A stretch of DNA of 64,000 nucleotides from Eledone cirrhosa (Eukaryota), in the NCBI GenBank assembly GCA_964016885.1, contig OZ024744.1, positions 30,814,001 through 30,878,000 on the forward strand. The letters run 5' to 3'. Shown here one piece after another: positions 45,101-57,659 of this stretch. Numbering within the stretch: the stretch's first letter is position 1; the number at the start of each line of letters is the position of its first letter. A program made the position numbers and the translations under genes. The notes under the pieces were generated by a model, which was not told the DNA's origin, made no database searches, and worked only from the letters and a program-made list of their open reading frames with translations.

Positions 45101-48100
45101 GATTTCTAAAGAATGAAACAGTTCTAGTCATCTAGAATCTCAGCTATATTAACATTTTTTGACACCCAGATTCCTGATGATTTCTAAAGAATCAAACAGT
45201 TCTAGTCCTGTAGAATCTCATCTATATTAAAAAATTTTGATACCCAGATTCCTGATGATTTCTAAAGAATGAAACACCTCTAGTCCTGTAGAACCTCATC
45301 TATATTAACATTTTTTGATACCCAGATTCCTGATGATTTCTAAAGAATGAAACAGTTCTAGTCTTGTAGAATCTCATATATATTAACATTTGTTGACACC
45401 CAGATTCCTGATGATTTCTAAAGAATGAAACAGTTCTAGTCCTGTAGAACTCATCTATATTAAAATTTTTTGATACCCAGATTCCTGATGATTTCTAAAG
45501 AATGAAACAGTTCTAGTCCTGTAGAATCTCATCTATATTAACATTTTTTGATACCCATATTCCTGATGATTTCTAAAGAATGAACCAGTTCTAGTCCTGT
45601 AGAATCTTATCTATATTAACATTTTTTGATACCCAGATTCCTGATGATTTCTAAAGAATGAACCAGTTCTAGTCCTGTAGAATCTCATCTATATTAACAT
45701 TTTTTGATACCCAGATTCCTGATGATTTCTAAAGAATGAAACAGGTCTAGTCCTGTAGAATCTCATCTATATTAAAAAATTTTGATACCCAGATTCCTGA
45801 TGATTTCTAAAGAATGAAACAGTTCTAGTCCTGTAGAATCTCATCTATATTAAAATTTTTTGATACTCAGATTCCTGATGATTTCTAAATAATGAAACAG
45901 TTCTAGTCCTTTAGAATCTCATCCATATTAACATTTTTTGATACCCAGATTCCTGATGATTTCTAAAGAATGAAACAGTTCTAGTCCTGAAGAATCTCAT
46001 CTATATTAACATTTTTTGATACCCAGATTCCTGATGATTTCTAAAGAATGAAACAGTTCTAGTCCTGTAGAATCTCATCTATATTAACATTTTTTGATAC
46101 CCAGATTCCTGATGATTTCTAATGAATGTAACAGTCCTAGTCGTGTAGCATCTCATCTATATTAAACATTTTTGATACCCAGATTCCTGATGATTTCTAA
46201 AGAATGAAACTGTTCTCGTCCTGTAGAATCTCATCTATATTAAAAAATGTTGATACCCAGATTCCTGTTGTTTTCTAAAGAATGAAACAGTTCTAGTCCT
46301 GTAGAATATCATGTATATTAAAATTTTTTGATACCCAGTTTCCTGATGATTTCTAATGAATGAAACAGTTCTAGTCCTGTAGAATCTCATCTATATTAAA
46401 ATTTTTTGACACCCAGATTCCTGATGATTTCTAAAGAATGAAACACCTCTAGTACTGTAGAACCTCATCTATATTAACATTTTTTGATACCCAGATTCCT
46501 GATGATTTCTAAAGAATGAAACAGTTCTAGTCCTGTAGAATCTCATATATATTAACATTTTTTCACAACCAGATTCCTGATGATTTCTAAAGAATGAAAC
46601 AGTTCTAGTCCTGTAGAATCTCATCTATACTAAAATTTTTTGATACCCAGATTCCTGGAGATTTCTAAAGAATGAAACAGTTCTAGTCCTGTCGAATCTC
46701 ATCTATATTAAAAATTTTTGATACCCAGATTCCTGATGATTTCTAAAGAATGAAACAGTACTAGTCGTGTAGAATCTCATCTATATTAAACATTTTTGAT
46801 ACCCAGATTCCTGATGAATTCTAAAGAATGAAACAGTTCAAGTCCTGTAGAATCTCATCTATATTAACATTTTTGATACCCAGATTCCTGATGATTTCTA
46901 AAGAATGAGACACCTCTAGTCCTGTAGAACCTCATCTACATTAAATTTTTTAGATACCCAGATTCCTGATGATTTCTAAAGAATGAAACAGTTCTAGTCC
47001 TGTAGAATCTCATCTATATTAACATTTTTTGATACCCAGATTCCTGATGAATTCTAAAGAATGAAACAGTTCAAGTCCTGTACAATCTCATCTATATTAA
47101 CATTTTTGATACCCAGATTCCTGATGATTTCTAAAGAATGAAACACCTCTAGTCCTGTAGAACCTCATCAATATTAACATTTTTTGATACCCAGATTCCT
47201 GATGATTTCTAAAGAATGAAACAGTTCTAGTCCTGTAGAATCTCATATATATTAACATTTTTTGACACCCAGATTCCGGATGATTTCTAAAGAATGAAAC
47301 AGTTCTAGTCCTGTAGAATCTCATCTATATTAACATTTTTTGATACCCAGATTCCTGATGATTTCTAAAGAATAAACCTGTTCTAGTCCTGTAGAATCTC
47401 ATCTATACTAAAATTTTTTGATACCCAGATTCCTGGAGATTTCTAAAGAATGAAACAGTTCTAGTCCTGTAGAATCTCATCTATATTAACATTTTTGATA
47501 CCCAGATTCCTGATGATTTCTAAAGAATGAAACACCTCTAGTCCTGTAGAACCTCATCTACATTAAATTTTTTAGATACCCAGATTCCTGATGATTTCTA
47601 AAGAATGAAACAGTTCTAGTCCTGTAGAATCTCATCTATATTAACATTTTTTGATACACAGATTCCTGATGATTTCTAAAGAATGAAACAGTTCAAGTCC
47701 TGTACAATCTCATCTATATTAACATTTTTGATACCCAGATTCCTGATGATTTCTAAAGAATGAAACACCTTTAGTCCTGTAGAACCTCATCAATATTAAC
47801 ATTTTTTGATACCCAGATTCCTGATGATTTCTAAAGAATGAAACAGTTCTAGTCCTGTAGAATCTCATATATATTAACATTTTTTGACACCCAGATTTCG
47901 GATGATTTCTAAAGAATGAAACAGTTCTAGTACTGTAGAATCTCATCTATATTAACATTTTTTGATACCCAGATTCCTGATGATTTCTAAATAATGAACC
48001 TGTTCTAGTCCTGTAGAATCTCATCTATACTAAAATTTTTTGATACCCAGATTCCTGGAGATTTCTAAAGAATGAAACAGTTCTAGTCCTGTAGAATCTC

Positions 48101-51100
48101 ATATACATTAAATTTTTTAGATACCCAGATTCCTGATGATTTCTAAAGAATGAAACAGTTCTAGTCCTGTAGAATCTCATCTATATTAAGATTTTTTGAC
48201 ACCCAAATTCCTGATGATTTCTAAAGAATGAAACAGTTCTAGTCCTGTAGAATCTCATCTATGATAAAAATTTTTGATACCCAGATTCCTGATGATTTCT
48301 AAAGAATGAAACAGCTCTAGTCCTGTAGAACCTCATCTATATTAACATTTTTTGATATGCAGATTCCTGATGATATCTAAAGTATGAAACAGTTCTAGTC
48401 CTGTAGAATCTCATATATATTAACATTTTTTGACACCCAGATTCCTGATGATTTCTAAAGAATGAAACAGTCCTAGTCGTGTAGCATCTCATCTATATTA
48501 AACATTTTTGATACCCAGATTCCTGATGATTTCTAAAGAATGAAACTGTTCTCGTCCTGTAGAATCTCATCTATATTAAAAAATGTTGATACCCAGATTC
48601 CTGTTGTTTTCTAAAGAATGAAACAGTTCTAGTCCTGTAGAATATCATCTATATTAAAATTTTTTGATACCCAGTTTCCTGATGATTTCTAATGAATGAA
48701 ACAGTTCTAGTCCTGTAGAATCTCATCTATATTAAAATTTTTTGACACCCAGATTCCTGATGATTTCTAAAGAATGAAACAGTTGTAGTTCAGTAGAATC
48801 TGATCTATATTAAAATTTTTTGATACCCAGATTCCTGATGATTTCTAAAGAATGAAACACCTCTAGTACTGTAGAACCTCATCTATATTAACATTTTTTG
48901 ATACCCAGATTCCTGATGATTTCTAAAGAATGAAACAGTTCTAGTCCTGTAGAATCTCATATATATTAACATTTTTTCACAACCAGATTCCTGATGATTT
49001 CTAAAGAATGAAACAGTTCTAGTACTGTAGAATCTCATCTATACTAAAATTTTTTGATACCCAGATTCCTGATGATTTCTAAAGAATGAACAAGTTCTAG
49101 TCCTGTAGAATCTCATATATATTAACACTTTTTGATACCCAGATTCCTGATGATTTCTAAAGAATGAAACAGTTCTAGTCCTGTAGAATCTCATCTATAT
49201 TAACATTTTTTGATACCCAGATTCCTGTTGTTTTCTAAAGAATGAAACAGTTCTAGTCCTGTAGAATATCATGTATATTAAAATTTTTTGATACCCAGTT
49301 TCCTGATGATTTCTAATGAATGAAACAGTTCTAGTCCTGTAGAATCTCATCTATATTAAAATTTTTTGACACCCAGATTCCTGATGATTTCTAAAGAATG
49401 AAACACCTCTAGTACTGTAGAACCTCATCTATATTAACATTTTTTGATACCCAGATTCCTGATGATTTCTAAAGAATGAAACAGTTCTAGTCCTGTAGAA
49501 TCTCATATATATTAACATTTTTTCACAACCAGATTCCTGATGATTTCTAAAGAATGAAACAGTTCTAGTCCTGTAGAATCTCATCTATACTAAAATTTTT
49601 TGATACCCAGATTCCTGGAGATTTCTAAAGAATGAAACAGTTCTAGTCCTGTAGAATCTCATCTATATTAAAAATTTTTGATACCCAGATTCCTGATGAT
49701 TTCTAAAGAATGAAACAGTACTAGTCGTGTAGAATCTCATCTATATTAAACATTTTTGATACCCAGATTCCTGATGAATTCTAAAGAATGAAACAGTTCA
49801 AGTCCTGTAGAATCTCATCTATATTAACATTTTTGATACCCAGATTCCTGATGATTTCTAAAGAATGAGACACCTCTAGTCCTGTAGAACCTCATCTACA
49901 TTAAATTTTTTAGATACCCAGATTTCTGATGATTTCTAAAGAATGAAACAGTTCTAGTCCTGTAGAATCTCATCTATATTAACATTTTTTGATACCCAGA
50001 TTCCTGATGAATTCTAAAGAATGAAACAGTTCAAGTCCTGTACAATCTCATCTATATTAACATTTTTGATACCCAGATTCCTGATGATTTCTAAAGAATG
50101 AAACACCTCTAGTCCTGTAGAACCTCATCAATATTAACATTTTTTGATACCCAGATTCCTGATGATTTCTAAAGAATGAAACAGTTCTAGTCCTGTAGAA
50201 TCTCATATATATTAACATTTTTTGACACCCCGATTCCGGATGATTTCTAAAGAATGAAACAGTTCTAGTCCTGTAGAATCTCATCTATATTAACATTTTT
50301 TGATACCCAGATTCCTGATGATTTCTAAAGAATAAACCTGTTCTAGTCCTGTAGAATCTCATCTATACTAAAATTTTTTGATACCCAGATTCCTGGAGAT
50401 TTCTAAAGAATGAAACAGTTCTAGTCCTGTAGAATCTCATCTATATTAACATTTTTGATACCCAGATTCCTGATGATTTCTAAAGAATGAAACACCTCTA
50501 GTCCTGTAGAACCTCATCTACATTAAATTTTTTAGATACCCAGATTCCTGATGATTTCTAAAGAATGAAACAGTTCTAGTCCTGTAGAATCTCATCTATA
50601 TTAACATTTTTTGATACACAGATTCCTGATGATTTCTAAAGAATGAAACAGTTCAAGTCCTGTACAATCTCATCTATATTAACATTTTTGATACCCAGAT
50701 TCCTGATGATTTCTAAAGAATGAAACAGTTCTAGTCCTTTAGAATCTCATCCATATTAAAATTTTTTGATACCCAGATTCCTGATGATTTCTAAAGAATG
50801 AAACAGTTCTAGTCATCTAGAATCTCAGCTATATTAACATTTTTTGACACCCAGATTCCTGATGATTTCTAAAGAATGAAACACCTCTAGTCCTGTAGAA
50901 CCTCATCTATATTAACATTTTTTGATACCCAGATTCCTGATGATTTCTAAAGAATGAAACAGTTCTAGTCTTGTAGAATCTCATATATATTAACATTTGT
51001 TGACACCCAGATTCCTAATGATTTCTAAAGAATGAAACAGTTCTAGTCCTGTAGAACTCATCTATATTAAAATTTTTTGATACCCAGATTCCTGATGATT

Positions 51101-54100
51101 TCTAAAGAATGAAACAGTTCTAGTCCTGTAGAATCTCATCTATATTAACATTTTTTGATACCCATATTCCTGATGATTTCTAAAGAATGAACCAGTTCTA
51201 GTCCTGTAGAATCTCATCTATATTAACATTTTTTGATACCCAGATTCCTGATGATTTCTAAAGAATGAACCAGTTCTAGTCCTGTAGAATCTCATCTATA
51301 TTAACATTTTTTGATACCCAGATTCCTGATGATTTCTAAAGAATGAAACAGGTCTAGTCCTGTAGAATCTCATCTATATTAAAAAATTTTGATACCCAGA
51401 TTCCTGATGATTTCTAAAGAATGAAACAGTTCTAGTCCTGTAGAATCTCATCTATATTAAAATTTTTTGATACTCAGATTCCTGATGATTTCTAAATAAT
51501 GAAACAGTTCTAGTCCTTTAGAATCTCATCCATATTAACATTTTTTGATACCCAGATTCCTGATGATTTCTAAAGAATGAAACAGTTCTAGTCCTGAAGA
51601 ATCTCATCTATATTAACATTTTTTGATACCCAGATTCCTGATGATTTCTAAAGAATGAAACAGTTCTAGTCCTGTAGAATCTCATCTATATTAAAATTTT
51701 TTGACACCCAGATTCCTGATGATTTCTAAAGAATGAAACAGTTGTAGTTCAGTAGAATCTGATCTATATTAAAATTTTTTGATACCCAGATTCCTGATGA
51801 TTTCTAAAGAATGAAACACCTCTAGTACTGTAGAACCTCATCTATATTAACATTTTTTGATACCCAGATTCCTGATGATTTCTAAAGAATGAAACAGTTC
51901 TAGTCCTGTAGAATCTCATATATATTAACATTTTTTCACAACCAGATTCCTGATGATTTCTAAAGAATGAAACAGTTCTAGTACTGTAGAATCTCATCTA
52001 TACTAAAATTTTTTGATACCCAGATTCCTGATGATTTCTAAAGAATGAACAAGTTCTAGTCCTGTAGAATCTCATATATATTAACACTTTTTGATACCCA
52101 GATTCCTGATGATTTCTAAAGAATGAAACAGTTCTAGTCCTGTAGAATCTCATCTATATTAACATTTTTTGATACCCAGATACCTGATGATTTCTAAAGA
52201 ATGAACCAGTTCTAGTCCTGTAGAATCTCATCTATATTAACATTTTTTGATACCCAGATTACTGTTGATTTCTAAAGAATGAACCAGTTCTAGTCCTGTA
52301 GAATCTCATCTATATTAACATTTTTTGATACCCAGATTCCTGATGATTTCTAAAGAATGAAACAGTTCTAGTCCTGTAGAATCTCATCTATATTAAAAAA
52401 TTTTGATACCCAGATTCCTGATGATTTCTAAAGAATGAAACAGTTCTAGTCCTGTAGAATCTCATCTATATTAAAATTTTTTGATACCCAGATTCCTGAT
52501 GATTTCTAAAGAATGAAACAGTTCTAGTCCTTTAGAATCTCATCCATATTAAAATTTTTTGATACCCAGATTCCTGATGATTTCTAAAGAATGAAACAGT
52601 TCTAGTCATCTAGAATCTCAGCTATATTAACATTTTTTGACACCCAGATTCCTGATGATTTCTAAAGAATGAAACACCTCTAGTCCTGTAGAACCTCATC
52701 TATATTAACATTTTTTGATACCCAGATTCCTGATGATTTCTAAAGAATGAAACAGTTCTAGTCTTGTAGAATCTCATATATATTAACATTTGTTGACACC
52801 CAGATTCCTGATGATTTCTAAAGAATGAAACAGTTCTAGTCCTGTAGAACTCATCTATATTAAAATTTTTTGATACCCAGATTCCTGATGATTTCTAAAG
52901 AATGAAACAGTTCTAGTCCTGTAGAATCTCATCTATATTAACATTTTTTGATACCCATATTCCTGATGATTTCTAAAGAATGAACCAGTTCTAGTCCTGT
53001 AGAATCTCATCTATATTAACATTTTTTGATACCCAGATTCCTGATGATTTCTAAAGAATGAACCAGTTCTAGTCCTGTAGAATCTCATCTATATTAACAT
53101 TTTTTGATACCCAGATTCCTGATGATTTCTAAAGAATGAAACAGGTCTAGTCCTGTAGAATCTCATCTATATTAAAAAATTTTGATACCCAGATTCCTGA
53201 TGATTTCTAAAGAATGAAACAGTTCTAGTCCTGTAGAATCTCATCTATATTAAAATTTTTTGATACTCAGATTCCTGATGATTTCTAAATAATGAAACAG
53301 TTCTAGTCCTTTAGAATCTCATCCATATTAACATTTTTTGATACCCAGATTCCTGATGATTTCTAAAGAATGAAACAGTTCTAGTCCTGAAGAATCTCAT
53401 CTATATTAACATTTTTTGATACCCAGATTCCTGATGATTTCTAAAGAATGAAACAGTTTTAGTCCTGTAGAATCTCATCTATATTAACATTTTTTGATAC
53501 CCAGATTCCTGATGATTTCTAATGAATGAAACAGTCCTAGTCGTGTAGCATCTCATCTATATTAAACATTTTTGATACCCAGATTCCTGATGATTTCTAA
53601 AGAATGAAACTGTTCTCGTCCTGTAGAATCTCATCTATATTAAAAAATGTTGATACCCAGATTCCTGTTGTTTTCTAAAGAATGAAACAGTTCTAGTCCT
53701 GTAGAATATGTATATTAAAATTTTTTGATACCCAGTTTCCTGATGATTTCTAATGAATGAAACAGTTCTAGTCCTGTAGAATCTCATCTATATTAAAATT
53801 TTTTGACACCCAGATTCCTGATGATTTCTAAAGAATGAAACACCTCTAGTACTGTAGAACCTCATCTATATTAACATTTTTTGATACCCAGATTCCTGAT
53901 GATTTCTAAAGAATGAAACAGTTCTAGTCCTGTAGAATCTCATATATATTAACATTTTTTCACAACCAGATTCCTGATGATTTCTAAAGAATGAAACAGT
54001 TGTAGTACTGTAGAATCTCATCTATACTAAAATTTTTTGATACCCAGATTCCTGATGATTTCTAAAGAATGAACCAGTTCTAGTCCTATAGAATCTCATC

Positions 54101-55111
54101 TATATTAACACTTTTTGATACCCAGATTCCTGATGATTTCTAAAGAATGAAACAGTTCTAGTCCTGTAGAATCTCATCTATATTAACATTTTTTGATACC
54201 CAGATTCCTGATGATTTCTAAAGAATGAACCAGTTCTAGTCCTAGAGAATCTCATCTATATTAACATTTTTTGATACCCAGATTCCTGTTGATTTCTAAA
54301 GTATGAACCAGTTCTAGTCCTGTAGAATCTCATCTATATTAACATTTTTTGATACCCAGATTCCTGATGATTTCTAAAGAATGAAACAGTTCTAGTCCTG
54401 TAGAATCTCATCTATATTAAAAAATTTTGATACCCAGATTCCTGATGATTTCTAAAGAATGAAACAGTTCTAGTCCTGTAGAATCTCATCTATATTAAAA
54501 AATTTTGATACCCAGATTCCTGATGATTTCTAAAGAATGAAACAGTTCTAGTCCTGTAGAATCTCATCTATATTAAAATTTTTTGATACCCAGATTCCTG
54601 ATGATTTCTAAAGAATGAAACAGTTCTAGTCCTTTAGAATCTCATCCATATTAAAATTTTTTGATACCCAGATTCCTGATGATTTCTAAAGAATGAAACA
54701 GTTCTAGTCATCTAGAATCTCAGCTATATTAACATTTTTTGACACCCAGATTCCTGATGATTTCTAAAGAATCAAACAGTTCTAGTCCTGTAGAATCTCA
54801 TCTATATAAAAAATTTTGATACCCAGATTCCTGATGATTTCTAAAGAATGAAACACCTCTAGTCCTGTAGAACCTCATCTATATTAACATTTTTTGATAC
54901 CCAGATTCATGATGATTTCTAAAGAATGAAACAGTTCTAGTCTTGTAGAATCTCATATATATTAACATTTGTTGACACCCAGATTCCTGATGAATTCTAA
55001 AGAATGAAACAGTTCTAGTCCTGTAGAACTCATCTATATTAACATTTTTTGATACCCAGATTCCTGATGATTTCTAAAGAATGAAACAGTTCTAGTCTTG
55101 TAGAATCTCAT

Positions 55112-55525
55112 CATCATCATCATCATCATCAACGTTTAACGTCCGTGTTCCACGCTTGCATGGGTTTGGACGGGGGTAGTCCCACTTGAGGCAAGAGTGA
55201 TTGTCTTGCTCGCATAGGACTGTCTGGCAGGTTTTCTACAGTTGGATGCCCTTCCTAACACCAACCACATTTACAGTGTGGGTCTGGGAGGTTTTTACCG
55301 TGTTGCCTACACGGCCACATTACAGCGTGGACTGTGTGTTTTTTTGTCGTGACACCTACACGATCTCATTTGTTTCGGCCTGGATGGCGCGGCACCAACA
55401 TAACTTTACATAGAACGGGGTGGTGTGGATGGGGTGGGGGTGGCGGCGGGAGGGGTGTATTTTGTTAGAGATGCCTACTGGCAAGGCGGGTCTTCTCTGT
55501 TACTGAGTACCGCCAAAGGTCACTC
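55112..55525 (-). mobile_element. 5'-truncated RTE-type non-LTR retroposon (last codons of ORF, 3' UTR, (GAT)n tail) inserted in the satellite, copy 1
   Basis: Minus strand reads SDLWRYSVTEKTRLASRHL*, resembling the C-terminal DxWR region of RTE ORFs, followed by a UTR ending GGACGTTAAACGTT(GAT)n. Flanked by TCTCAT at 55106-55111 and 55526-55531. The empty target GTCTTGTAGAATCTCATATATATT is present elsewhere, e.g. near 56140. Confidence 0.82.
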
Positions 55526-57245
55526 TCTCATATATATTAACATTTGTTGACACCCAGATTCCTGATGATTTCTAAAGAATGAAACACTTCTAGTCCTGTA
55601 GAACTCATCTATATTAAAATTTTTTGATACCCAGATTCCTGATGATTTCTAAAGAATGAACCAGTTCTAGTCCTGTAGAATCTCGTCTATATTAACATTT
55701 TTTGATACCCAGATTCCTGATGATTTCTAAAGAATGAACCAGTTCTAGTCCTGTAGAATCTCATCTATATTAACATTTTTTGATACCCAGATTCCTGATG
55801 ATTTCTAAAGAATGAAACAGTTCTAGTCCTGTAGAATCTCATCTATATTAACATTTTTTGATACCCATATTCCTGATGATTTCTAAAGAATGAACCAGTT
55901 CTAGTCCTGTAGAATCTCATCTATATTAACATTTTTTGATACCCAGATTCCTGATGATTTCTAAAGAATGAACCAGTTCTAGTCCTGTAGAATCTCATCT
56001 ATATTAACATTTTTTGATACCCAGATTCCTGATGATTTCTAAAGAATGAACCAGTTCTAGTCCTGTAGAATCTCATCTATATTAACATTTTTTGATACCC
56101 AGATTCCTGATGATTTCTAAAGAATGAAACAGTTCTAGTCTTGTAGAATCTCATATATATTAACATTTGTTGACACCCAGATTCCTGATGATTTCTAAAG
56201 AATGAAACAGTTCTAGTCCTGTAGAACTCATCTATATTAAAATTTTTTGATACCCAGATTCCTGATGATTTCTAAAGAATGAACCAGTTCTAGTCCTGTA
56301 GAATCTCATCTATATTAACACTTTTTGATACCCAGATTCCTGATGATTTCTAAAGAATGAAACAGTTCTAGTCCTGTAGAATCTCATCTATATTAACATT
56401 TTTTGATACCCATATTCCTGATGATTTCTAAAGAATGAACCAGTTCTAGTCCTGTAGAATCTCATCTATATTAACATTTTTTGATACCCAGATTCCTGAT
56501 GATTTCTAAAGAATGAACCAGTTCTAGTCCTGTAGAATCTCATCTATATTAACATTTTTTGATACCCAGATTCCTGATGATTTCTAAAGAATGAAACAGG
56601 TCTAGTCCTGTAGAATCTCATCTATATTAAAACATTTTGATACCCAGATTCCTGATGATTTCTAAAGAATGAAACAGTTCTAGTCCTGTAGAATCTCATC
56701 TATATTAAAATTTTTTGATACTCAGATTCCTGATGATTTCTAAATAATGAAACAGTTCTAGTCCTTTAGAATCTCATCCATATTAAAATTTTTTGATACC
56801 CAGATTCCTGATGATTTCTACAGAATGAAACAGTTCTAGTCATCTAGAATCTCAGCTATATTAACATTTTTTGATACCCAGATTCCTGATGATTTCTAAA
56901 TAATGAAACAGTTCTAGTCCTTTAGAATCTCATCCATATTAAAATTTTTTGATACCCAGATTCCTGATGATTTCTACAGAATGAAACAGTTCTAGTCATC
57001 TAGAATCTCAGCTATATTAACATTTTTTGACACCCAGATTCCTGATGATTTCTAAAGAATCAAACAGTTCTAGTCCTGTAGAATCTCATCTATATTAAAA
57101 AATTTTGATACCCAGATTCCTGATGATTTCTAAAGAATGAAACACCTCTAGTCCTGTAGAACCTCATCTATATTAACATTTTTTGATACCCAGATTTCTG
57201 ATGATTTCTAAAGAATGAAACAGTTCTAGTCTTGTAGAATCTCAT

Positions 57246-57659
57246 CATCATCATCATCATCATCAACGTTTAACGTCCGTGTTCCACGCTTGCATGGGTT
57301 TGGACGGGGGTAGTCCCACTTGAGGCAAGAGTGATTGTCTTGCTCGCATAGGACTGTCTGGCAGGTTTTCTACAGTTGGATGCCCTTCCTAACACCAACC
57401 ACATTTACAGTGTGGGTCTGGGAGGTTTTTACCGTGTTGCCTACACGGCCACATTACAGCGTGGACTGTGTGTTTTTTTGTCGTGACACCTACACGATCT
57501 CATTTGTTTCGGCCTGGATGGCGCGGCACCAACATAACTTTACATAGAACGGGGTGGTGTGGATGGGGTGGGGGTGGCGGCGGGAGGGGTGTATTTTGTT
57601 AGAGATGCCTACTGGCAAGGCGGGTCTTCTCTGTTACTGAGTACCGCCAAAGGTCACTC
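57246..57659 (-). mobile_element. Second, apparently identical copy of the RTE-type insertion
   Basis: Same sequence, tail length, truncation point and TCTCAT flanks (57240-57245, 57660-57665) as copy 1, at offset 2134. Confidence 0.82.

Noticed and set aside
225-50284. Many 71-85 aa minus-strand ORFs with repeating MRFYRTRTVSFFRNHQESGYQK
   Set aside because: 78 bp equals 26 codons, so these are frame-preserving read-throughs of about three monomers where a TAG happens to be mutated. There is no gene context.
55201-57547. Two identical 70-aa plus-strand ORFs (55201-55413, 57335-57547)
   Set aside because: They are antisense to the 3' UTR of the duplicated retroposon, start at TTG, and resemble no protein I recognise.
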